Virus record (IMG/VR): IMGVR_UViG_2888331157_000001
DNA length: 64,000 nucleotides
Reading direction: 5' to 3' (one strand)
DNA from: an uncultured virus (IMG/VR IMGVR_UViG_2888331157_000001)
Taxonomy: Duplodnaviria; Heunggongvirae; Uroviricota; Caudoviricetes
Within the stretch, counting starts at the first letter, position 1, and every line of letters begins with the position of its first letter. Under the pieces are notes generated by a model that worked only from the letters and a program-made list of their open reading frames with translations, ran no database searches and was not told where the DNA came from. The translations under genes and the position numbers were made by a program. Of this stretch, positions 55,823 through 64,000 are shown one piece after another.

Positions 55823-56217
55823 ACTGGGCAGCCCCCTTCGTTGGCATTCCCGACCTTTCCAAGGGTCGGTCACATGCTGGTGCCGATTGCTGGGGTCTGG
55901 CGATGCTGGTCTATCGCGAGGTCAAAGGCCTCGAACTGCCGGATTACGCCGCCGAGTATCTGAGCGATCGCGACCATGCCGAGATCGGCGCTATTGCGCG
56001 GCGGGAGAAAGCCGCCGCGCGCTGGCGTTTGGTCGCTGAGGTAAAGGAGTTCGACCTCTTGCTGTTCGTAGTTGCCCGACACGACAGCCATGTCGGCATC
56101 CATGTGGGGCCGGGTCAGATGCTGCATGTCGTCAAGGACGACCACGCCAAGATCGGCCGGTACGACGCCGCGCCGTGGGCCGGCCGCCTTGTCGGCGCAT
56201 ACCGTTGGGTCGGATAG
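55819..56217 (+). CDS. NlpC/P60 tail assembly peptidase
   Basis: GADCWGL, HVGI, MLH. Confidence 0.88.
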   Translation: MNWAAPFVGIPDLSKGRSHAGADCWGLAMLVYREVKGLELPDYAAEYLSDRDHAEIGAIARREKAAARWRLVAEVKEFDLLLFVVARHDSHVGIHVGPGQMLHVVKDDHAKIGRYDAAPWAGRLVGAYRWVG

Positions 56218-56223
56218 CCACTC

Positions 56224-59200
56224 ATGAATGATCTGACCGAGAAGTCAGGCGTGCCCGTCACGCTGGCACCCTATGCCATGGACTTGGATCGAGGGCGCGA
56301 AGAGATCGTCGTGCCGGCGGGCTTGACCGTGGCGGAGATCGTGGCTGTCGTACTGCCCGATCTACCATATGCCGCACTTCCACGTGTTCGCGTTGCGCTG
56401 GTATCGTCGAAGGGCAGCGCCATCATTCCGCAAGCCAATTGGCATCTGGTGCGGCCCTATCCGAGCACCAGGGTCGTCATCACCATCGGGCACGGCGCAG
56501 GCGCGCTGACGCTACTGGTGCAGATTGCGGCCTCCGCCATCTCGAATGCCCTTGGCGGTGTTCTGGCGGGCACGTTTGGCCTCAGCGCGGCGACGTGGGC
56601 CAGCATCATCGGTTTCGGCATCACCGCCATTGGCGGTATTCTGATCAACGCCCTCTTCCAGCCGAAAAAGCAGTCCAACAAGGACAGGGACAGCTTCGTC
56701 ATCGACAGCTGGCAGAACGAGTACCGCCAGGACGAACCGATCCCGGTCCCGCTCGGAGAGCTCAGGCATTCCCCACCCTTTGCCGCCGCGTCCTACATCG
56801 AGGTCGTTGGCGACATCCTCTACAATCGCGCCGTCTTCTGTCACGGTCTAGGGACGCAGGAGCTTTGGGATCACAAGATCGGTGATACCTCAATCACGGA
56901 CTACGATGAGTTTCAGATCGAGCACCGCGGGGCGGTGGGATATCCCGACAGCTCGGTACCATTCACGCTCTACACCCAGCAGGTGATCGAGGATTCGATC
57001 GGCACGGATTTGGTGCTGGAGTGGGAGCGTGACGACGCCGGAAATATGCTGCGCTCGGAGACGTTGCAGCCTGCCAAGACCGTGAAGCGGACCACCGGGC
57101 TCAATGCAACACACGCCATTGTCATCTTGCAGTTTCCAAGCGGTCTCGGAAAGATCACGAATAAGGGTAAGCGCAGCTCGCAAACAGCAAAATTCAGAGT
57201 GGGGATCCGCAAAGCCGGCACCTCAATCGTGATTCCCAAGCCGGACATTTCGGTTACGAACCTGAAGTTCGCCGGGTTCTATCGTGCGGTCAGGATCGAC
57301 TTTCCCGAGCGAGGGGCATGGGAAATTCAGATCACTCGCCTGACCGTCTCGGAGCCACTGGAATGGGACGATGATACGCTTGCGCTGACCTGCACGTGGG
57401 CAGCTCTCCAGACTTTCCGGCCGGAATATCCATTCAACACGTCGACCCCTCTGTGCCTGACGGCAATGAGGGTCAAGGCCACCCACCAGATGAACGGTCA
57501 GGTGCAGACCTACAACTGCATGACGCGCCGCGTCACAGATGGTTTCGGCCATGGGTGGCCGACGAACGTCCCGCGCAACCCAGCCATATCTGCACTCTAC
57601 GTGCTGCTGGGACCTGGGCTCTACACGGCTGAGGCGCCTAGCAAAATCGATTGGGCGAAGTTCGCCGAATGGCGTGACTTCTGCACGCTCAAGGGACTGA
57701 AATTCGACCTCGTCATTGGCAACCGCCAATCGCTTGGTGACACGCTGAAGATGATCGGTGCTGCCGGTCGCGCGCGGGTCTACTTCGACGGATCTTGGTG
57801 GACCGCGGTCATAGACAAGCCTCGCACCGTCCCGATCGATGTCATCACGCCACGCAACGCATCGAACGTGAAATTCGAGGTTGCGTATGCCGAACTACCC
57901 GACGCGCTGCGCATCAAATTTCAAGACGGCACGAACAATTTCCAGCCGGCCGAGCGTATCGTTCGTCGCCCTGGATTGGCCGGCGCGATCGTGACAACCG
58001 AAGCCATGGAGATGCCAGGCAAGACCGATCCAGACGAAATCTACCGCGAGGCTGTCCGCCGCTTCTATGAACTCCAGTTTCGCAACGTGGCCTACAGCGC
58101 GACACAGGACGGCTATGCGCGCTCGGCAACACGGGGAGATCTTGTCCTGGCGTCGAAGGACATCCTTCGCCGGGCGATGGCCTCTGCCCGCGTCAAGGCT
58201 GTGCGTGGGAACCTGATCGAGATCGATGAAGCCTGGCAGATCAAGAACGGCGTCACCTATGCCGTCGGTTTCCGTGTGCTCGGCGACGAAAGCTCGTCAT
58301 TGGGGCAACATGTGGTGCGACAGATCATTGCACTCCCGGGAGAGACGCGGGCAATCGTTTTGAAAGGAGACGGCTTGCTCCCCGATGCTGGGGCCATCAT
58401 CATGCTTGGGGAGTACGGTTCGGAGAGCATTCCGTTGATCCTGGCCGGCATTCAGCGGCGCGACGACGGCGGCTCCGACCTGACTCTGCTTCCCTCGGCG
58501 CCGGAGATCGACCAACTCACCGATGCCACCACGATCCCCGCATGGGAAAGCAAGGTCGGCGATATCGTCGATCAATCAGGCATCGTACCCAGTGCGCCTA
58601 AGATCGTCTGGGTTAGATACGACGCCGGCTCGTCAAAGACGTTGGTGCGGCTGGAGCCTGCGCCGACCAATGTGGTGGAACTGTCCAGCTACACCGTTCG
58701 CCATCGGCCGGCTGGTTCGCCCACATGGTCAACGGCAACATCGCCAGTATCTAGTGCCAGTGTCGAACTGGTCGGGTATGTCGTCGGTAACCAGATCGAG
58801 CTGCAGGTGCAGGCCACATCGGCATGGGGAACCGCCGGCACGTGGAGCGCGATCGTTGCGGTTACTATCGCCGGTACATCACTGCCGTCGTCGTTGCCCG
58901 CTTCGAGCATTCAGATCGTCGGCAAGCTTGGCCAGGCAGAGATCACATTTGCGACCGGCCCAGACCCGAACACGGATGAGGTCCGCATCTATCGTGATGG
59001 TGCCGCGCTGCCAGCGACTGTTCCGGTCTCCCCGAATGGATCGTTTGGCAGGATCGATGGAGATTCGACGCGCGCCACGCTCGCCACGAACGGCAGCTTT
59101 GATGCTGACGCGAACTGGGCCAAGGGAACGGGCTGGGCGATTGCCAGTGGCCAAGCGACGAAGACGGCGGGAACAGCTTCCGATTTAAGCCAAGCCGCCG

Positions 59201-59535
59201 CAATGACCGCTGGCAAGGTCTATCGTGGCGCCGCTACTGTTTCGGGAAGGACCGCCGGCACGATCACGCCCAAGCTCACGGGCGGGGCTACTGCGTCCGG
59301 CCCCGCCGTCGCTGCGAACGGACAATTCCTATTCCGGCTCACGGCCGGTGCTTCTCCGACCACGCTGGTTTTCAGCGCCGATAGCACGTTCAACGGATCG
59401 ATCGATGACGTCGTTCTTTTCGAAGAGACGGCAGCTTGCCTCACGCAGGGCATCCATACCTACAAGCTCGAACCGCTAAACGCTGACCGCAGGGCCGGGC
59501 CTCAGTCTGCCGACAAAACTGTCGCGGTCATCTGA
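56224..59535 (+). CDS. Central tail tip/host specificity protein (J-like) with FN3 and CBM-like C-terminal domains
   Basis: IPVPLG, RNPA, GDLV; FN3-like segment; NGSFD..NW.KGTGW...IDDV. Confidence 0.85.
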   Translation: MNDLTEKSGVPVTLAPYAMDLDRGREEIVVPAGLTVAEIVAVVLPDLPYAALPRVRVALVSSKGSAIIPQANWHLVRPYPSTRVVITIGHGAGALTLLVQIAASAISNALGGVLAGTFGLSAATWASIIGFGITAIGGILINALFQPKKQSNKDRDSFVIDSWQNEYRQDEPIPVPLGELRHSPPFAAASYIEVVGDILYNRAVFCHGLGTQELWDHKIGDTSITDYDEFQIEHRGAVGYPDSSVPFTLYTQQVIEDSIGTDLVLEWERDDAGNMLRSETLQPAKTVKRTTGLNATHAIVILQFPSGLGKITNKGKRSSQTAKFRVGIRKAGTSIVIPKPDISVTNLKFAGFYRAVRIDFPERGAWEIQITRLTVSEPLEWDDDTLALTCTWAALQTFRPEYPFNTSTPLCLTAMRVKATHQMNGQVQTYNCMTRRVTDGFGHGWPTNVPRNPAISALYVLLGPGLYTAEAPSKIDWAKFAEWRDFCTLKGLKFDLVIGNRQSLGDTLKMIGAAGRARVYFDGSWWTAVIDKPRTVPIDVITPRNASNVKFEVAYAELPDALRIKFQDGTNNFQPAERIVRRPGLAGAIVTTEAMEMPGKTDPDEIYREAVRRFYELQFRNVAYSATQDGYARSATRGDLVLASKDILRRAMASARVKAVRGNLIEIDEAWQIKNGVTYAVGFRVLGDESSSLGQHVVRQIIALPGETRAIVLKGDGLLPDAGAIIMLGEYGSESIPLILAGIQRRDDGGSDLTLLPSAPEIDQLTDATTIPAWESKVGDIVDQSGIVPSAPKIVWVRYDAGSSKTLVRLEPAPTNVVELSSYTVRHRPAGSPTWSTATSPVSSASVELVGYVVGNQIELQVQATSAWGTAGTWSAIVAVTIAGTSLPSSLPASSIQIVGKLGQAEITFATGPDPNTDEVRIYRDGAALPATVPVSPNGSFGRIDGDSTRATLATNGSFDADANWAKGTGWAIASGQATKTAGTASDLSQAAAMTAGKVYRGAATVSGRTAGTITPKLTGGATASGPAVAANGQFLFRLTAGASPTTLVFSADSTFNGSIDDVVLFEETAACLTQGIHTYKLEPLNADRRAGPQSADKTVAVI

Positions 59536-59561
59536 CCATTCTCTGAACATCGAGGTTTATC

Positions 59562-61523
59562 ATGAGCATAGATGGCATCCGCGCCGTCGATAAAGAGCCT
59601 TTGGCTGCCGTCGACTACCTGTTCGGGTTTTCCGCGGCCAATGGCCAGCGCATCGGGCCGAGACCGATCGGAATGCAGGCGATTTCCCAGCAGGTTGCGT
59701 CGTCGCTGCCGCTTGGGACAGTGAAGTCCTATTCGTCTGTTGCAGCCATGAATGCCGATGTCACGCCCACGGTCGGAACCCTCGCCTATGCCGAGTGGAA
59801 GACCTACAGGAAGACTACGGCATCAGGCTCGACTGGATGGGAAGTGTTTCTGAACTTCATTCCAGGCACGCAGGTGATCAACGCAGTGGTGACGGGTGGC
59901 ACGGCGAGCGCCGTTGTTGCCATCTCAGCAATCCCGGTTTCGGCGACCCCGTATATTCAGTTCATCGTCGTTGGCCCTTTCACCGCCGCTAGCATCGGCC
60001 CGATGACGCTTGCCATCAATGGAGATACACCGCGCGCACTCGTCACCAATGTCGGAGAGGCGATAACTCCCGGCTACATCAAACGCGGCATGGCGGCCAT
60101 CGTTCATATCGACAGTGCTGGTAGCTACCGGTTTTTCAGCTATGGCGATGCGACCGCGATCCAGGCGGCGGCAGAGGCAGCCATGACTTCGGCTCAAAAG
60201 TGGGCAGAAGGAACCGTGCCGGGCGGGGCGGGAACGAAATCGGCGAAAGAATGGGCGGATGCCGCGCTGGCGGGAGGAATATTCAACATCCCTGCCGTCG
60301 CGATCGTCGGTGACGGTGTCAGGACTCGGTTCCCCTTGGGGTTGGTGCCGGCGAGCAAAAACAATGTCTTCCTGACCGCGACGGGGCTGGTGCAGCACGT
60401 CGGTGAGTATTCCGTCGATGGGACCGATCTGGTGTTCGCCATCGCGCCGCCCATTGGCTATGGCGGCGAGGCCCGCATTCTGGCAATTACACGGGCAATT
60501 CCTTACGCAGGCGACGGCACCATTACCCCGGCCTCTTTCTCGGAGGAGGCGACACGGTTCATCGGCGGCACGCGTGGTAACATCAGGCCCACAGTCGAGG
60601 GCAGCTCGGTCGTTGGAACTGCCACCTACACAACCCAGCGCGGCCAGTATCGCCTCGCCAACGACTGGGTCAAGTTCACGGCGGAGATCGATTGGACCGG
60701 GGCAACGGGCACCGGCGATACCTACATTCGCCTGAACAATGTGCCGGCCTCCGCCTTCATCAACACGCCGGTCGCAATTCAAGCCTCTGCGATCGATTAC
60801 GGCGTCGGAAAAGAGCTACAGGGCGTTATCCTGGCCGGAACGAACGTTGTCCTGCTACAGGCACGGACTGGGTCGGGGGCAGGCTCGACCGCCGTCCCCG
60901 TCGACCCCGCAGGCACGATCCGAATTGTGGGCAGCTATCCGGCCGCATCCGATGCCTTTTCGGACATTCTGTTCATGGGCGACTCGATAACCTTGGGCGT
61001 CCGGCCCGGTGTCGGTGAATACGACACCTTCCGACACAAGGTGCAGAACGCACTGGGCTGGGCCATGGCGCACAATTCCGGCGTTGGCGGAGAGAACGCA
61101 AGCGAGCAGGAGGCCCGTATGGCTGCGGCCCTGGCGGCCTCGGGCGCCAGGGCCGTTTGCATCATGACCGGCATCAACGACTTCTTCGATCCGCTGCCCT
61201 ACGCGACAATGGGCGCCAAGATCACGTCGATGATCACGATGGCGCAGGCTGCCGGAGCAAGGGTCACGCTTTGCTCGCCGTCGGCAACGCAGGACGCCGG
61301 CATGATCGCCAATTTCGGTCCGTGGCTGAACACCATCCAGACCTGCGGCGCACTGCCGGGGGTTGTCTATGTGCCGGTCTACGAGCGGTTCGGATTCCTG
61401 CGCGCGACCATGCCGCCGGCCAGCTATGCCGCGCTTTTCGTGGATGTGCAGCACATTGGCCCTGCCGGCCACGATATTGTCACGGCGCTCATGGCCGCCA
61501 CCCCTGGCGCCTGCCGGCCTTAA
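59562..61523 (+). CDS. Tail fibre/spike with C-terminal SGNH hydrolase
   Basis: GDSIT, GVGG, GIND and DVQH blocks. Confidence 0.82.
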   Translation: MSIDGIRAVDKEPLAAVDYLFGFSAANGQRIGPRPIGMQAISQQVASSLPLGTVKSYSSVAAMNADVTPTVGTLAYAEWKTYRKTTASGSTGWEVFLNFIPGTQVINAVVTGGTASAVVAISAIPVSATPYIQFIVVGPFTAASIGPMTLAINGDTPRALVTNVGEAITPGYIKRGMAAIVHIDSAGSYRFFSYGDATAIQAAAEAAMTSAQKWAEGTVPGGAGTKSAKEWADAALAGGIFNIPAVAIVGDGVRTRFPLGLVPASKNNVFLTATGLVQHVGEYSVDGTDLVFAIAPPIGYGGEARILAITRAIPYAGDGTITPASFSEEATRFIGGTRGNIRPTVEGSSVVGTATYTTQRGQYRLANDWVKFTAEIDWTGATGTGDTYIRLNNVPASAFINTPVAIQASAIDYGVGKELQGVILAGTNVVLLQARTGSGAGSTAVPVDPAGTIRIVGSYPAASDAFSDILFMGDSITLGVRPGVGEYDTFRHKVQNALGWAMAHNSGVGGENASEQEARMAAALAASGARAVCIMTGINDFFDPLPYATMGAKITSMITMAQAAGARVTLCSPSATQDAGMIANFGPWLNTIQTCGALPGVVYVPVYERFGFLRATMPPASYAALFVDVQHIGPAGHDIVTALMAATPGACRP

Positions 61524-61534
61524 GGACCGCTGAC

Positions 61535-62392
61535 ATGACGACACTTCTTAACCCGAACCTCATCGGTCAAATCACGGCCATAGGCAAATCGCTGCTCACG
61601 GCGGCCAACTCAAGCGCCGCCAGAGATGTTCTGGAACTCGCCTACGGTACGGCTCCCTATCCGCCGGGGCACCTTAACGGTCTCGAACTGTCCAACAACA
61701 CAGCCGATGCGGTGAACGACATCGACGTGGCGGCTGGTGTCTGTTCGGACAGCACAGGGATCGCCAACATTGTGCTTGGCGCCATGACGAAGAGGATGGA
61801 TGCCAACTGGTCCGGTGGAAGTGGCAACGGCGCTCTGGATACGGGAGCGCTTGTCGATGGCTGGTATCATGTCTTCGCCATCCTGAAGCCGACGCCAGCT
61901 ACATCCGATCTGCTGGTTTCCCAATCGGTAAATGCGCCAACGCTCCCCACCGGCTACACCATGTTTCGCCGGATTGGCTCGGTGCTGCGCGATGCCGGTT
62001 CCCTGGTCAAGTTTCGGCAGTGGGGAGACATCTTCAAGTGGGACGTGCCGCGCCGCAGTTTCACGAACACTGCCGCGGTGGCGCTGGGGCCTTTGGCGCT
62101 CGACGTGCCGCCCGGTGTTCGCGTCAGCCCGATCCTGTCGTCAAACATACTGCTGTCGGCCGTAGGCAATGCGGTCCAGCTGATGGGCGACGGCGAGGGC
62201 ACGACAGCGGCCATGGCCATCTGCCGGGCCAATATCGCGTCAAGCAACACCTTCACCAACCTCACCGGACCTGGTGCGTTCCTAACCAACACGGTCCGGC
62301 AAGTTCAGTTTCAGCAACTGCTGACGACGGGAACGCTTGGTTCCTCCACCGTCGATGTGATGGGTTGGCGCGATCTGCGCGGCAGAGGGTAG
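61535..62392 (+). CDS. Tail fibre-like protein
   Basis: IGKSLLTAANSSAARDVL; DGWYHVF; PTLPTGYT.FRRIGS. Confidence 0.75.
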   Translation: MTTLLNPNLIGQITAIGKSLLTAANSSAARDVLELAYGTAPYPPGHLNGLELSNNTADAVNDIDVAAGVCSDSTGIANIVLGAMTKRMDANWSGGSGNGALDTGALVDGWYHVFAILKPTPATSDLLVSQSVNAPTLPTGYTMFRRIGSVLRDAGSLVKFRQWGDIFKWDVPRRSFTNTAAVALGPLALDVPPGVRVSPILSSNILLSAVGNAVQLMGDGEGTTAAMAICRANIASSNTFTNLTGPGAFLTNTVRQVQFQQLLTTGTLGSSTVDVMGWRDLRGRG

Positions 62393-62406
62393 GCAACGTT
62401 TATTCG

Positions 62407-62940
62407 TCATTCAACTACTTCTATGGAAAACCACGTTCCATTATTTCCGTAAATCTTAGTTGGCGAACCCGTTAATTTTGGGCGTATATGCCACGCCTGT
62501 AATTGAAACGTGTCTCCAGTTTTTACGGGAATGACTGCTGTCGATACGTTTTGATCGGGAGTAGTACCAAAAGTTGCTCGTCCGTTCTGGGCAGCATAGC
62601 CGTCGAAAAGCGCATTGTTTTTAGTAATGAGTGTCTGCCGTGAGCCCTTAGCGTCGTGGTCCCATACTATTTGTCCCGAGAGACGAACAAATTGTACGCC
62701 ATCAGGAATTACGAATTGATGGTTTTCTGCGTCCCACAAGCCGCTCGTGTCGTATTCGACCTCAGGGAATTCAACCTTCACCCACTGTGTGACTGAATAG
62801 CTATTCGGAACGATCTGTTCGGCATCGGCGGTCTTGTGAACCATCGCGCCGCGAAAATCCCCTGCCGCCACGGCCGACGAAAAGAATGTGAAAGCAGCGG
62901 CAACGCTGGATGCGATGATTTTTTTCATTCCCCAGTCCAT
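62407..62940 (-). CDS. Antisense moron: exported protein with C1q/tail-fibre-tip-like beta fold
   Basis: Signal peptide MKKIIASSVAAAFTFFSSAVAA; visibly AT-richer DNA; opposite strand to the tail genes. Confidence 0.7.
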   Translation of the reverse strand: MDWGMKKIIASSVAAAFTFFSSAVAAGDFRGAMVHKTADAEQIVPNSYSVTQWVKVEFPEVEYDTSGLWDAENHQFVIPDGVQFVRLSGQIVWDHDAKGSRQTLITKNNALFDGYAAQNGRATFGTTPDQNVSTAVIPVKTGDTFQLQAWHIRPKLTGSPTKIYGNNGTWFSIEVVE

Positions 62941-63065
62941 TGTTTTTTTGCAGTAGCGGCAAAGTAAACAGGAACATCGCCGATGGGCAAATCCGGGGCT
63001 GAACTTTTCGTTGGATCCAATTTACCGTTACGCCCTGCGCTGGAGCGGGTAATAGTTAAGTCTCT

Positions 63066-63326
63066 TCAGCGAACCCCGTGCCACGTTTCGTCATCAACCG
63101 ATTCCACTTCGGTAAAGGGCCGGTAGGTCCAAGAGCCGTCTTGAAACCGCCTCATGCAGTTGCCTTCGATCAGATTGCCGGCCTCATCGCGGATTTTTCG
63201 TCCGAACGGCATATAGGGCGACCACTCGAAAGGGTCGGTCCGCCACCACATCCACCAGCGCTTCGGATGCGCTAGCTGCCAACGGTCCAGCCGCTGGCAG
63301 AGAAGTTCGTATAGGTTTTCGGGCAT
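63066..63326 (-). CDS. Hypothetical Trp-rich protein
   Basis: GGGGAG SD before MPENLY. Confidence 0.5.
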   Translation of the reverse strand: MPENLYELLCQRLDRWQLAHPKRWWMWWRTDPFEWSPYMPFGRKIRDEAGNLIEGNCMRRFQDGSWTYRPFTEVESVDDETWHGVR

Positions 63327-63591
63327 GCACGCTCCCCAATCTGATCGGGGAGTTGGAAAGCCATCATGTGTGAAAGCCGCATGCGTCTTTAGGCGCAAGC
63401 CCTGGACATACGCGCATGCCTCCCCGACCGAAGATCGAGAAAGAAACGCCCTCCGACCTGAATCGGAGAGCGCTCTTTTTGGGTTTTATCCCAACACATG
63501 ATGGGGTTTCCACGCCCCAGCCCCCTCAAAACGTGAGCCGACAGCAGAAATAAGCCGAAAATCGGCTTCCTGCAATCTGAAAGGAAAGAAC

Positions 63592-64000
63592 ATGACCAGC
63601 AACGTGCCCACCGGCGCGGCGACTACTGTTGCGCGGACCAAGTGGCGTCTCGCACGCAGCTTGGCGGTGCTGCGTGACCAGATCAATGCGCTCTCTCCGA
63701 ACCGGTCGAAGGTCGCCGATGGTACAGTCGGCGACACCGCCCACTCGGCGCGCCGGTCAGACCATAATCCGAACGCCCTCGGAGTGGTGCAGGCCATCGA
63801 TCTGACCGATGATCCATCGCACGGCGTTGACAATCGCAGGCTCGCGCAAGCTCTGCTCGACAGCCGCGATAGCCGCATCAAGTACGTGATCGCCGACAGC
63901 GAGATCGCATCGGGCGCTGCCGGCCCTTCGCCGTGGATCTGGCGGAAATACGTCGGCACCAACGCGCACCGGCATCATGTTCATATCTCGGTCGCCGACG
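63592..64000 (+). CDS. Endolysin, M15-like Zn peptidase domain (partial, runs off the window)
   Basis: AAGGA SD; WRLARSL..LRDQIN..P.R....DGTVGD.AH...SDHNP...AID...H.HHVHIS; absent from the ORF track because it has no stop in the window. Confidence 0.75.
   Translation, partial: MTSNVPTGAATTVARTKWRLARSLAVLRDQINALSPNRSKVADGTVGDTAHSARRSDHNPNALGVVQAIDLTDDPSHGVDNRRLAQALLDSRDSRIKYVIADSEIASGAAGPSPWIWRKYVGTNAHRHHVHISVAD

Larger units (their letters stand above)
1..64000. mobile_element. Temperate siphovirus / prophage of an alphaproteobacterium
   Basis: Integrase, CI/Cro, replication, HK97 head, long non-contractile tail and endolysin in lambdoid-like order. Confidence 0.95.

Noticed and set aside
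63349..63366. AGTTGGAAAG as an extra CI operator
   Set aside because: Only a half-site; the TCCAAC arm is missing.

Overview
This window holds nearly the whole genome of a temperate siphovirus (prophage order, integrase at the left edge) of a high-GC alphaproteobacterium, probably Rhizobiales. Left to right: (1) 1-9.6 kb leftward early arm with tyrosine integrase, xis-like gene, HerA-like ATPase, RecD-like helicase and YqaJ exonuclease plus annealase. (2) 9.6-11.3 kb lambdoid CI/Cro switch with six visible operators. (3) 11.3-19.8 kb rightward arm with GcrA-, GapR- and CtrA-like host cell-cycle regulator homologues, RuvC-like nuclease, primase and helicase. (4) 19.8-37.6 kb leftward ~18 kb accessory operon (beta-clamp, ParB-like protein, truncated N6-MTase, HNH, VWA-metallopeptidase, MoxR AAA ATPase, DUF3150-like protein) driven from a promoter next to the probable cos end. 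(5) 37.9-62.4 kb HK97-type packaging, head and tail genes. (6) An antisense moron and the start of an endolysin. The most striking unexplained structure is in the accessory operon. It has a 13-copy, covarying 4-bp/4-nt RNA hairpin, 12 copies placed just before a ribosome-binding site and start codon. It has an array of eight highly diverged paralogues, seven inserted between the MoxR ATPase and its VWA-peptidase partner. It also has a ~630-nt densely structured leader with a boxA-like site. All product calls come from motif recognition by eye; no database searches were run.
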